Origin: a virus
Length of the DNA: 32,069 bases
IMG/VR virus record: IMGVR_UViG_3300045988_166554
Coordinates: 1 to 32,069 of that record
Strand: one strand, 5' to 3'
Each line of letters starts with the position of its first letter. The first letter of the stretch is position 1. This document shows, in pieces, positions 8,380 to 16,785 of this stretch. The notes beneath the pieces were generated by a model that saw only the letters and a list, made by a program, of their open reading frames with translations, had not been told where the DNA came from and searched no databases. A program made the position numbers and the translations under genes.

Positions 8380-9534
8380 CTAGTAATATTTATCAGTAGT
8401 TTCTGCTATCTCCTTTCTTATTTTTGTTGATAAATGACCATAGTGATTCACTGTGGTTGAATAATTAGAATGGCCTAATCGCTCACTTATGTGGTATAAT
8501 TCTTTACCTTCTTCCATCATTGTCGCAACATAAGTATGTCGCAAATCATACATTCTTATTTTTTCAACATTTGCTCTATCACAAAAATAATAGAACGATT
8601 TTCTTAAACTAACATCTGATATAGGCTTATTTGTTGTTCTATTTAAGAATATTAACTCATTATCGTTTACTTCATATCCTAATTCGTGAATTAAGAAGTA
8701 TTTATAGCTATTAATTTCATTTATCAATTTATCCGTAATATCTATTACTCTTTGTGATTGATATGTTTTTGTATGTGATATAAAGTCTTGTGAATTTTTG
8801 TTATAATTTATAGAATGTAATATTGAAACACTTTTTGTTTCTTTGTTAAACATATCAAAGGTCAATGCTCTTGTTTCCCCAATTCTATCTCCTAGTGTAA
8901 ATCCTATTAATGTAAGTATTTTTGTTCTGTAAGCAGTCTCTTTATAAATATTGTTTTCTATACAATTATTTATTTCATCTAAAAATTTTTTTAAATCATT
9001 GGTTGTCCAAAATTTCATTTTTGGTTTTTCTGTTTTATATTTTGTAATACCTATCATAGGAGAATAATATATATATTCCTCTTTAATACACCAATTGAAA
9101 AAAGTTTTTAGTTCTTTTAATATTTGATTTTTTTGTTTTAAAGAACAATTTTGATTTTCAATAAAGGTTATAAAATATTGTTTGTTTAATTTTGTTAATT
9201 TTACATTTATTTTATTTTTTAAATATTTATTATATGTTCTTTCTTTTCTTAATAGCGTGTTATATTCCAATTTTGCCTCGTATTTGCACCAAGTAATATA
9301 TTTGCACCACATGCTATCAAAATCTTCCTTATTAAGTGTTTCTGTTGCTTTTGCATGTCTAATTTTAGGATTATCTCTAATTTTTAATGCTTCTTCTAAT
9401 TTCATTATCTTTTTACCTTCTACAGAAGCTATAGAAGTTTTAACTGGTTTGCTTAACATGATAATATAATTTTTATTTTTGATATTTCTATATATATTTT
9501 GGTATCTTGTTTTTTCATATTTTTTTAAATCCAT
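8380..9534 (-). CDS. int: tyrosine integrase (site-specific recombinase, phage integrase family)
   Basis: 384 aa. C-terminal catalytic region ..MYDLRHTYVATMMEEG..LGHSNYSTTVNHYGHL.. carries the R..H..Y tyrosine-recombinase signature and the conserved LGH motif. Confidence 0.85.
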   Translation of the reverse strand: MDLKKYEKTRYQNIYRNIKNKNYIIMLSKPVKTSIASVEGKKIMKLEEALKIRDNPKIRHAKATETLNKEDFDSMWCKYITWCKYEAKLEYNTLLRKERTYNKYLKNKINVKLTKLNKQYFITFIENQNCSLKQKNQILKELKTFFNWCIKEEYIYYSPMIGITKYKTEKPKMKFWTTNDLKKFLDEINNCIENNIYKETAYRTKILTLIGFTLGDRIGETRALTFDMFNKETKSVSILHSINYNKNSQDFISHTKTYQSQRVIDITDKLINEINSYKYFLIHELGYEVNDNELIFLNRTTNKPISDVSLRKSFYYFCDRANVEKIRMYDLRHTYVATMMEEGKELYHISERLGHSNYSTTVNHYGHLSTKIRKEIAETTDKYY

Positions 9535-9560
9535 AAAATCACTTTCCTTTCAAATTTGCC

Positions 9561-9589
9561 TTGAAATAAATGATTTTTTCCTGTATAAT
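9561..9589 (+). promoter_or_regulatory. promoter TTGAAA-17-TATAAT, divergent from the integrase gene
   Basis: Read directly. Spacer counted as 17 nt. Confidence 0.45.
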
Positions 9590-9595
9590 TAAACA

Positions 9596-9676
9596 TGGAA
9601 AAAGAATATTTATTTCGTGGTAGATTTATTTATTTAATTTCCAATTGATCCGTGTTCCAGCACGGGTCTTTTTTTT
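9596..9676 (+). ncRNA. candidate ~80-nt small transcript ending at a strong rho-independent terminator (9647..9676)
   Basis: Terminator GATCCGTG-ttccag-CACGGGTC followed by eight T. Only a 17-codon ORF (MEKEYLFRGRFIYLISN) lies inside. Confidence 0.35.
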
Positions 9677-9790
9677 ATTTTGTTTCAATTTGTTTTTTTT
9701 ACTTTCAAATGGGTCATTAGGATTAGCATACCTTGCTAAATCGGTTAATGATATATATTCTTCATTTTCATTCTCATAACACCATTTTTG

Positions 9791-10279
9791 TTATTCACAA
9801 GTATAATCGCTTAGAATATCGTTTTTAAATGTATTAATAGATACATTTTTTGTATACATGGATGCTTGTTTTTCATCGTATGCATCACCAAGAGTTTGCT
9901 TGATTTTATCAAGCTCGACTTTTGAGTAATCAACATCAATTGTAAATTGTAATGTTTTATCATCTTTTTTCGTATACTTAATATTTATACCGTCGATTTC
10001 ACTTAATTTTTCAGCAAATAAATTACCAAAAGATAATGTCATATCTATATAATCAGGGTTCACTTCGGCTATATTAGTTTCAGAAACAGATGTTACTATA
10101 TTATTTTTGTATTTTACTACCATAGTATCAGTTATTTTATATCCATCATCATCATACTCTGTTTTTGTACAATTTAATGTTCCCTTACTTATATCTTTGC
10201 TTGAATTGCTTTCAGATGTTCCACATCCTGTTAATAAAATTAAACAAAAAATAATACCAATTAACATTTTCTTTTTCAT
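9791..10279 (-). CDS. lipoprotein (signal peptide with LTGC lipobox); superinfection-exclusion or moron candidate
   Basis: N-terminus MKKKMLIGIIFCLILLTGCGTSE. RBS GAGGTG. Lies between the repressor and integrase genes. Confidence 0.75.
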   Translation of the reverse strand: MKKKMLIGIIFCLILLTGCGTSESNSSKDISKGTLNCTKTEYDDDGYKITDTMVVKYKNNIVTSVSETNIAEVNPDYIDMTLSFGNLFAEKLSEIDGINIKYTKKDDKTLQFTIDVDYSKVELDKIKQTLGDAYDEKQASMYTKNVSINTFKNDILSDYTCE

Positions 10280-10332
10280 TATTACACCTCACTTTCATAC
10301 ATATATTTAAAAATATCTATACTAGCATATTT

Positions 10333-10701
10333 TTATTCATTTTTTTTAATTATAAAATCTTTATTTGCAATGGCAAAATCAATTAATTTTTTAGCATCTT
10401 CTTCTGTTATATTTTCATCCATTAATCCTTTTTCTCTTAATATTTTTTTGTAGTCTTCAGTTGTTTGATTATAGGAGGTATTAGTTTTTAAATCAGTTCC
10501 TAAAAAGGTTCCTAATTCAGTAAGTGGTATTTTAAAAGCATTTAATACATTAACAACATTATCGATAGATGGAGTAATAATATTATTTTCCCATCTTCCT
10601 ATGGTTGATTGATTAACGCCAACTAATTCTCCTAATTTGCTTTTTGACATTTTATTTTTTTCCCTTAAATATTTTAAATTAGAACTGAAATAATTTTTCA
10701 T
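10333..10701 (-). CDS. CI-like repressor, XRE-family HTH, no S24 peptidase domain
   Basis: HTH_3 signature ..MSKSKLGELVGVNQSTIGRWENN... Strong RBS GAAAGGAGGAAAT. Transcribed divergently from the cro-like gene. Confidence 0.8.
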   Translation of the reverse strand: MKNYFSSNLKYLREKNKMSKSKLGELVGVNQSTIGRWENNIITPSIDNVVNVLNAFKIPLTELGTFLGTDLKTNTSYNQTTEDYKKILREKGLMDENITEEDAKKLIDFAIANKDFIIKKNE

Positions 10702-10735
10702 TTATTTCCTCCTTTCACTATGATTTTACAACAGT

Positions 10736-10810
10736 TTTATAAAAAAATCAATAAAATGTGTGCAAAATCGCATAAAAAGTATTGACATGTGCGAATAAGT
10801 ATAGTAGAAT
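10736..10810. promoter_or_regulatory. divergent early promoter/operator region
   Basis: Rightward promoter TTGACA(10782-10787)-17-TAGAAT(10805-10810). Leftward candidate TTGCAC-16-TATAAA (complement of 10736-10763). The 19-bp box ATGTGCGAATAAGTATAGT at 10787-10805 fills the rightward spacer. A related half-box TGTGCAAAATCGCATA lies at 10757-10772. Confidence 0.55.
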
Positions 10811-10831
10811 TGAAATTGTTAGGAGGTAATT

Positions 10832-11086
10832 ATGGAAGAAACTATAAGGAAATATATTGCTGATGAATTAAGGTCATTACGTGCTAAAAACAATATTAGT
10901 CTTGTAGAACTAGCGAACATTCTTAAAATAAATAAGGATACTATATCACGATATGAAAATGCTAGTTCATCTATAAATATAGATACTTTAGAAACATTTT
11001 TAAATTATTATAATATAGACTTTGATATTTTTTTTAGCAATGTATGTGCGAATAAGTATAGTCAATTGCAAAAAGAAGAAACATAG
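10832..11086 (+). CDS. Cro-like XRE-family HTH regulator
   Basis: HTH_3 signature ..NISLVELANILKINKDTISRYEN... RBS AGGAGGT. Divergent from the CI-like gene. Confidence 0.75.
   Translation: MEETIRKYIADELRSLRAKNNISLVELANILKINKDTISRYENASSSINIDTLETFLNYYNIDFDIFFSNVCANKYSQLQKEET
11044..11062. repeat. second exact copy of the 19-bp box ATGTGCGAATAAGTATAGT, inside the 3' end of the cro-like gene
   Basis: Exact match to 10787..10805. A remote third operator of the kind seen in CI-repressor switches that bind three sites. Confidence 0.6.
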
Positions 11087-11149
11087 GAGAAGTAATGAAC
11101 CATTCAGAAAAATTAAAGAAGTTAAGTTGTTTGAAGTTCTTTATAAAGA

Positions 11150-11180
11150 TTAAAAAAGACTAGATATTTAGGAATATCTA
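11150..11180 (-). terminator. rho-independent terminator for the minus-strand gene 11193..11384; also a hairpin downstream of cro
   Basis: TAGATATT-tagg-AATATCTA, an 8-bp stem. On the - strand it is followed by GTCTTTTTTAATCTTT. Confidence 0.5.
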
Positions 11181-11192
11181 ATCTTAAGAAAA

Positions 11193-11384
11193 TTAGTGAC
11201 TATAGGAACTTTTCCCTATAGTAACTGGTTTAGAATTTAGTTCTACTAATTTGTCGTATATTTCTTCAATTGCGTTTTTAACTTCATTATTAACTTCATT
11301 TTTAGAGTTAGCAGTTAATAATTTAGAGTTAACCATGGAAATAACAATATCTTTAGTAGTTTCTAATAGTTCTTTATTAGTCAA
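11193..11384 (-). CDS. small hypothetical protein (63 aa), transcribed divergently from the early operon
   Basis: Strong RBS GAAAGGAGGTAAATT. Confidence 0.55.
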   Translation of the reverse strand: MTNKELLETTKDIVISMVNSKLLTANSKNEVNNEVKNAIEEIYDKLVELNSKPVTIGKSSYSH

Positions 11385-11469
11385 TTTAATTTACCTCCTT
11401 TCAATTCAATATTGTAAAAGAGGTTAAGTAAAAAATCAAATAAAATCTACCACGAAAGGAGAATAAAAA

Positions 11470-11658
11470 ATGAAAGAGTATTATAATGCAAAGGATATTC
11501 AAATTGTAATAGGATGCGCTCAATCTAAAGCATACATGATAATTCGTGAATTACAAAAGAAATATCAAAAAAAATTCCCTGAAGCAATAACAATACAGGG
11601 AAAAATACCAATATGGTACTTTAACGAAGTTCAGGGGTTAAGAAAAAAGGAGGACTAA
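11470..11658 (+). CDS. Xis/AlpA-like HTH (HTH_17-type) DNA-binding protein
   Basis: 62 aa. Pattern ..AKDIQIVIGCAQSKAYMIIRELQ..GKIPIWYFNEV.. is like small excisionase or MerR-type proteins. RBS GAAAGGAGAAT. Confidence 0.45.
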   Translation: MKEYYNAKDIQIVIGCAQSKAYMIIRELQKKYQKKFPEAITIQGKIPIWYFNEVQGLRKKED

Positions 11659-11661
11659 GTT

Positions 11662-11862
11662 ATGAAAACAACAAAAAAAGGACGCCACGATAAGAAGTCC
11701 CTTTGCAAATATATTGCAATTATATTATACAGCATAATAGCAATAATTGCAATGGCAAAACACGGATTTAATATAATCGAGTTGTTCTACTATACAATGT
11801 TTGGAATAACACTAAATTTTGGTATAGATGATATTAAAGAAACAATGAAAGAAATATTTTAA
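11662..11862 (+). CDS. small membrane protein (2 TM)
   Basis: Hydrophobic stretches YIAIILYSIIAIIAMA and FYYTMFGITLNFGI. RBS AAGGAGGA. Confidence 0.5.
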   Translation: MKTTKKGRHDKKSLCKYIAIILYSIIAIIAMAKHGFNIIELFYYTMFGITLNFGIDDIKETMKEIF

Positions 11863-11873
11863 TAGGAGGCAAT

Positions 11874-12560
11874 ATGATTAAAAACTTTGTAATATACAAT
11901 GAAATTTTTAGGTTAATAGACACAATAAATCCTATTAAAAAAAGAGATGAATTTTTAGGTAAATTAATGGACTTTTATTTTAAAGAACAAAAACCGAAAT
12001 TTGAACCAAATAGTTACGAAGAAACAATATGGTTAAATATTTCAAAACCAATAATAGCATATAAATCCAAGGTTGTTAATGGTAGTAAGGGAGGTAGACC
12101 TAAAAAAACCGAAACTAAAACCGAAAATGAAAGCGAAACTCAAAGCAAAAATAAAACAACATCAGATGTAGATGTATTTGTTAATAATAATGTTTTAGAA
12201 AAGATAGGGTGTGGGGAAGAAAAACCTTTAAATATTTATGAGTTTATAGAAAACAATTTTGGAAGATTGTTAAGTCCTATTGAATATGAAACAATTAATC
12301 ATTGGAAATCAGAATATGAGGAAGAAATAATAAAATATGCAGTACGAAAATCTGTTCTAGGAAATGTTAAAACATTTGCTTACACAGATGGAATATTAAA
12401 AAATTGGAAATCATGTGGTTATAAAACACTTCAAGAAATTATAGATAACAATAAAAAAACAAAAGAATTTGAATGTATGAAAGAACCAATAATCGAAGAA
12501 AGGACAGAAGATGAAAGAAGAGAAATTGAAGCAATTGAAAATGGCACTTACAGAGCATAA
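11874..12560 (+). CDS. DnaD-like replisome organizer / replication initiation protein
   Basis: The C-terminal domain ..IYEFIENNFGRLLSPIEYETINHWKSEYEEEIIKYAVRKSVLGNVKTFAYTDGILKNWKSCGYKTLQEI.. matches the DnaD_dom pattern. A basic GGRPKK linker is present. Confidence 0.6.
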   Translation: MIKNFVIYNEIFRLIDTINPIKKRDEFLGKLMDFYFKEQKPKFEPNSYEETIWLNISKPIIAYKSKVVNGSKGGRPKKTETKTENESETQSKNKTTSDVDVFVNNNVLEKIGCGEEKPLNIYEFIENNFGRLLSPIEYETINHWKSEYEEEIIKYAVRKSVLGNVKTFAYTDGILKNWKSCGYKTLQEIIDNNKKTKEFECMKEPIIEERTEDERREIEAIENGTYRA

Positions 12561-12717
12561 AGATTTAATTTTAAAATTAGATAATGATGTTTTTAAACTA
12601 TCGTGGAATACTGATATGCAAAAATATCAAGGAACACTTGGAATATGGACTATTGGTGTTTTATTGGATATTGCAAATGGAAAAATAAACGGTGCAAGTT
12701 TGGAGGTATCGAAATGA
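12511..12717 (+). CDS. hypothetical protein
   Basis: The ORF has a moderate RBS. It overlaps the end of the DnaD-like gene. Confidence 0.3.
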   Translation: MKEEKLKQLKMALTEHKDLILKLDNDVFKLSWNTDMQKYQGTLGIWTIGVLLDIANGKINGASLEVSK

Positions 12718-12899
12718 AATGGATGATAAAGTATAACACATTGAAAAATGAATACGAAACATTTATTAAACAAACGAAAGATAATTTGTTTACAAAAACA
12801 ATCGAATTAAAAATTTTAAAGGATAGAAACAGGGATTTAGAAAAAACAAACAAAGAATTAAGAAAAAAAATAAAGGAATTAAAAAATAAGGAGAGATAG
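12714..12899 (+). CDS. small coiled-coil protein
   Basis: The ATG at 12714 has a strong RBS GGAGGTATCGAA. The ORF-track start at 12645 has none. K/E-rich heptads. Confidence 0.45.
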   Translation: MKWMIKYNTLKNEYETFIKQTKDNLFTKTIELKILKDRNRDLEKTNKELRKKIKELKNKER

Positions 12900-12902
12900 A
12901 AT

Positions 12903-13226
12903 ATGAAAGAAGAAAAATTAAAAAAATTTAAAAAAGAAACTATTAAAGCGATAAAAATGGAAGAAGATGCTGGAATTGTAATTACATCAGCAGGAATAGG
13001 TATGATAGGTACTAAATTTGACTTTATTATGATGTTTGGACATTTAGCAACAAGATTATATGAAAACGGAGTAAAAAGAGAATTATTAAGAGATATTGTA
13101 GAATCATCGACATTAAATAAACAAGAGGCAGAGGAAAAATTTCATGAAGCAATGAAAAATATTGAAGATATGCTTACTAATTTAGGAAAAAAGAAAGGTA
13201 AAAAGAAAAATGATAAAACCATTTAA
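12903..13226 (+). CDS. hypothetical protein
   Basis: RBS AAGGAGAGATAGAAT-ATG. 107 aa with a lysine-rich C-terminus. Confidence 0.5.
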   Translation: MKEEKLKKFKKETIKAIKMEEDAGIVITSAGIGMIGTKFDFIMMFGHLATRLYENGVKRELLRDIVESSTLNKQEAEEKFHEAMKNIEDMLTNLGKKKGKKKNDKTI

Positions 13227-13884
13227 TGAATTAGTGAAAGTTGATATTTCAAAATATTTAGTAAAAAAACCAAATTTTATTTGGGATAAAATAAAAAAAG
13301 AATTTGTTATCAAAGGATATTTCAATTATCTTAATTGGGCAAAAGGTTTAGAGCTATTATATGAATTTGGTGCAGAGGATGTACAATTTAAGCCTATTAA
13401 AAATGAATTAGGACATTCAGTATTTTATAACAAAGAATTAGGAGGATTAGGATGCCCTGAGATTAGATTATGGATAAAGATTGATGAAAAAGAAAGTGAA
13501 ATTACATATCCATTAATTAGAGGTAGTAAGGTTCTTGATAAGATAGACCAATTAGATATAGAGGTTGCAAGACAAAGAGCATTCACAAAAGGAATTGCAA
13601 TTATGACTGGATTAGGATTATCAGAATGGATCAAAACAGATGAAGAAATAGATAAAAATAAAGATGACCAAATGCAAGATACAGAAAGTGAATTAGAATT
13701 ACAAAGAACTAATACACAAAATAAATACATTGAAGTTGCAAAAATGCTTGGTGGTGCAGATAAATTAAATAAATCAATAGAACTTTCAAAAGTAGAATTG
13801 GAAAAGTTATTTAAATCAAATGTTATACAAGATTTAAAGGATTTAGAAACAAAAATTACTATTGCTTCAACTAATGCTAAGTAG
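13210..13884 (+). CDS. putative single-strand annealing protein (Sak/Rad52-like)
   Basis: Lies immediately upstream of a YqaJ-type exonuclease and SSB. The motif ..YFNYLNWAKGLELLYEFGAEDVQF.. resembles the Sak/DUF1071-type annealase signature. Assignment rests on synteny plus a weak motif match. Confidence 0.45.
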   Translation: MIKPFNELVKVDISKYLVKKPNFIWDKIKKEFVIKGYFNYLNWAKGLELLYEFGAEDVQFKPIKNELGHSVFYNKELGGLGCPEIRLWIKIDEKESEITYPLIRGSKVLDKIDQLDIEVARQRAFTKGIAIMTGLGLSEWIKTDEEIDKNKDDQMQDTESELELQRTNTQNKYIEVAKMLGGADKLNKSIELSKVELEKLFKSNVIQDLKDLETKITIASTNAK

Positions 13885-13892
13885 GTGCTTTA

Positions 13893-14522
13893 ATGATTAA
13901 AAGTACAAATAGTAGAGTAGGTATTATAGGTGCTAGTGATACAAGATATGTAATGATGAATTTTGAAACTGCAACATTTAAGAAATGGTGGTTAGAAAAA
14001 ATTGGTCTTGCAGAACGAAAAGATATTTCTAACATTTACATGGATACTGGAACGATGTTAGAAAAACCAGTTATAGATGCTTATTGCAAGAAGAAAGGTA
14101 TTAAACTCAACTATGGTGACGAACCTTTTATTAGTAAAGAATATGAAAGGTTGGTTGTTAATTTAGATGCTTACAATGAAACAAAAAATGTAGAAGTAAA
14201 ATGTGTTGCATATAATAAGGCTTTTAATTGGCAATTTAAATTAGATCGTAATTATTACCAACAAGTACAAGTTCAAATGTTAGCAAGTGGATTAAGAAAA
14301 ACAATTGTATTAGCTTATGGTTTATTAACAGAAGATTATGACTTTAGCAATTTAGTAAATCCAAAAATTGATGAAGATAGATTATTTGAAATTGAAGTTG
14401 AATATGATAACGAATGGTTAGAGATGCAATACATACCAAAATTAAAATATCTAATATATTGTTTTGAAAATAACAAAATACCTACTGAAATAGGTTTTGT
14501 AAGGAGGATCAAATGTATTTAG
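13893..14522 (+). CDS. YqaJ-like (lambda Exo-type, PD-(D/E)XK) recombination exonuclease
   Basis: Motifs GIIGASD, GTMLEKPV, VEVKCV and QQVQVQM correspond to the conserved blocks of YqaJ-family viral recombinase exonucleases. Confidence 0.65.
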   Translation: MIKSTNSRVGIIGASDTRYVMMNFETATFKKWWLEKIGLAERKDISNIYMDTGTMLEKPVIDAYCKKKGIKLNYGDEPFISKEYERLVVNLDAYNETKNVEVKCVAYNKAFNWQFKLDRNYYQQVQVQMLASGLRKTIVLAYGLLTEDYDFSNLVNPKIDEDRLFEIEVEYDNEWLEMQYIPKLKYLIYCFENNKIPTEIGFVRRIKCI

Positions 14523-14752
14523 AAATAGATGAAAAACTAAAAGATAAAATAGAAAAAATAACAATTACTGATTATGATTTCAAAGGCAATTTTTTACCTA
14601 GCGAAAGTATAACATCAATATTTGAGGATCTAATTTATGAAATAGATAGATTAGAAGAAAAATACGAAGATTTAGAACAAGATATGGAAGACAATTATAT
14701 AAAAAGGCCTATGAGTGATTACACAGGCGATAGATACGATGATAGATTTTAG
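14513..14752 (+). CDS. highly acidic small protein (79 aa)
   Basis: RBS AAGGAGGA. Very high Asp/Glu content (..EDLEQDMEDNY..DRYDDRF). Confidence 0.5.
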   Translation: MYLEIDEKLKDKIEKITITDYDFKGNFLPSESITSIFEDLIYEIDRLEEKYEDLEQDMEDNYIKRPMSDYTGDRYDDRF

Positions 14753-14761
14753 GAGGATTAT

Positions 14762-15175
14762 ATGAATATTGCAATATTAATAGGAAGATTAACAAAAGAT
14801 ACAGAATTAAGATATACGGCAACAGGAACGGCAGTAGCACAAAATACTATTGCCATAAACAGACCTAAAAGAGATGAAAAAGAAGAAACCGATTTTATTA
14901 ACATTGTTGTGTGGGGAAAGCAAGCAGAAAACTTTAGCAAATATTGTTCTAAAGGGAATCTAGTAGCATTAAAAGGAAGAATTCAAACAAGAACATACAC
15001 AGACCAAAACGGTCAAAAAAAATATGCTTTTGAAGTTGTAACAGATAGCGTACAATTTTTAGAAAGCAAAAAGGAAAAATCAAATAGCGAAGTACTTAAA
15101 CAAGTGATGACAGCAGACCCTTTTGCAGAATTTGGAAAAGAAGTAAGTATTAGTGACTATGACTTACCATTTTAG
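14762..15175 (+). CDS. ssb: single-stranded DNA-binding protein
   Basis: OB-fold SSB sequence (MNIAILIGRLTKDTELRYT..FINIVVWGKQAEN..) with the acidic C-terminal tail DYDLPF. Confidence 0.9.
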   Translation: MNIAILIGRLTKDTELRYTATGTAVAQNTIAINRPKRDEKEETDFINIVVWGKQAENFSKYCSKGNLVALKGRIQTRTYTDQNGQKKYAFEVVTDSVQFLESKKEKSNSEVLKQVMTADPFAEFGKEVSISDYDLPF

Positions 15176-15195
15176 AAGCGAATTGAAATTGTAGT

Positions 15196-15669
15196 ATGGA
15201 ATTAACAGCAAAAATAGAAAATGTGATACCTAAATTATTTCAATTAGATAGAGACAAACTATATGACATAAAAATAGAAGAACATAAAGAAAAACGCAGT
15301 CTTAATGCTAATTCTTATCTTTGGGTATTATGTACCAAAATAGCAGATAAACTAACAACAGGATATAATCCAGTAACAAAAGAAGAAATATACGAACAGA
15401 TGCTTAAATCATATGGTCAGTCAATTATGATTCCCGTAACACTTAATTCCAAACCTGATGGATATTTTAAGTATTATGATTACAACGGAAGAAGTATTTT
15501 GAATGGCAAAGTAGCAGACTGGTATATTGTTTACAAGGGATCAAGTGAGTACAATACATATGAAATGTCAGTACTTTTAAACGGTGTAGTTGAAGAATGC
15601 AAGAATTTAAACATAGAAACAAAAACGCAACAAGAAATAATATCACTTTTAGATAATTGGGAAAAGTAA
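15196..15669 (+). CDS. NinB/Orf-family recombination mediator
   Basis: Motif KRSLNANSYLWVLCTKIA matches lambda NinB RSLDQNRKLWACLGDVS. Confidence 0.6.
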   Translation: MELTAKIENVIPKLFQLDRDKLYDIKIEEHKEKRSLNANSYLWVLCTKIADKLTTGYNPVTKEEIYEQMLKSYGQSIMIPVTLNSKPDGYFKYYDYNGRSILNGKVADWYIVYKGSSEYNTYEMSVLLNGVVEECKNLNIETKTQQEIISLLDNWEK

Positions 15670-15812
15670 AAAAACATTAAAAATGCCATAAAACCACTCC
15701 TGGTTACTTGTTTAACTCTTTTACTTCTGCATACTAAAGCGAGTTTAGGCATTGTTGGCTTTAGTAAAGCTATTTGGAGGAATGAAATTAACAATTTAAA
15801 AGGAGAAAAGTA

Positions 15813-16091
15813 ATGAAATTTTATTTATTTTATGAAGATGAAATATTGCAAGAAATATTAAATATTGAAGAAGTGAAAAATAAAGATGAAGATTTATATA
15901 AAAAAATTATGAATAAGAACTTTGATATATGGAATACTTATGTATTTGCTTGTAAATACGAATATCAAAGTGTTTATGAAATAGAAAGTAATTATAAATT
16001 AGAACAGCTTAAAGAATTATTAATACACGATTATTATATTGATACTTTAAAAATTGCAAATGTATTAGGTAAAGTAACTAAAATATTTTAG
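15813..16091 (+). CDS. hypothetical protein
   Basis: RBS AAAGGAGAAAAG. Confidence 0.5.
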   Translation: MKFYLFYEDEILQEILNIEEVKNKDEDLYKKIMNKNFDIWNTYVFACKYEYQSVYEIESNYKLEQLKELLIHDYYIDTLKIANVLGKVTKIF

Positions 16092-16130
16092 AAAGCAAAG
16101 GTGAAGAATAATGAAAATGAGGTTGATTAA

Positions 16131-16361
16131 ATGAAACTACAAAACATTAGAAAAATGAATGATAGAGAACTTTACACTTTTATAAACAATATTTCTAATA
16201 ACAATGGTCGTATTTGTTGCAAATGTGGAAACATAGTCTACCGAGAAAATAGAATAACTATTTCAAGAAATGTTGATGTAGCAACAAAAAAGATATGTTG
16301 TTTATGTAAAGAATGCTATGTTGATTTGTTAGACTGGTTAGGTGTAAATGATTGTGAGTAA
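16131..16361 (+). CDS. small Cys-rich (CxxC..CCxxC) zinc-finger-like protein
   Basis: ICCKCGN ... ICCLCKEC. Confidence 0.5.
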   Translation: MKLQNIRKMNDRELYTFINNISNNNGRICCKCGNIVYRENRITISRNVDVATKKICCLCKECYVDLLDWLGVNDCE

Positions 16362-16374
16362 GGAGGTTAATTAA

Positions 16375-16728
16375 ATGAAATTTAAAATGAATGATATAAC
16401 TTATGTTATAAAAGAAGTATCACAAAAAGAATATAAAGAATTAAGAGTAAAAGAAGATGAAGAAGATGATGTAGAAATTTCTGATGTTAAAAATGGTATT
16501 TATCAAGGAAGTACACATCATACAAAAGGTATTGTATATATAGATAAGAATTTGCCGCATGAAATAAAAAGAAAAACACTTATACATGAATTAACACATT
16601 GTTATATAAGAGAATACATTACCCATGAAGAAAAGACTTATAGTGAAGAAATGGTGGCTGATATATTAGCAAATAGCCACGATATCATACACAAAATTGT
16701 AGAAGATTATTTTAAGGGAGTTGATTAA
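16375..16728 (+). CDS. small HExxH-motif protein (putative zinc metallopeptidase-like, ImmA/SprT-like?)
   Basis: LIHELTHCYIREYITHEE contains HExxH plus a downstream His and Glu. RBS AAGGAGGT. Confidence 0.45.
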   Translation: MKFKMNDITYVIKEVSQKEYKELRVKEDEEDDVEISDVKNGIYQGSTHHTKGIVYIDKNLPHEIKRKTLIHELTHCYIREYITHEEKTYSEEMVADILANSHDIIHKIVEDYFKGVD

Positions 16729-16785
16729 ATGAAATATCCATTAAGCAATTTAGATTTTGAAATAAGATAAAGGAGAAATAAGAAT

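Noticed and set aside
11087-11160. 22-codon ORF (MNHSEKLKKLSCLKFFIKIKKD) with an RBS just after the cro-like gene.
   Set aside because: Too short and unconserved in appearance. The region is better explained as the convergent terminator zone between the cro-like gene and 11193..11384.
12645-12899. ORF-track start at 12645 for the coiled-coil ORF, and a possible frameshift fusion with 12511..12717.
   Set aside because: The ATG at 12714 has a strong GGAGGT RBS. No slippery heptamer is aligned to the upstream frame in the overlap. Called as two separate genes with a 4-nt overlap.
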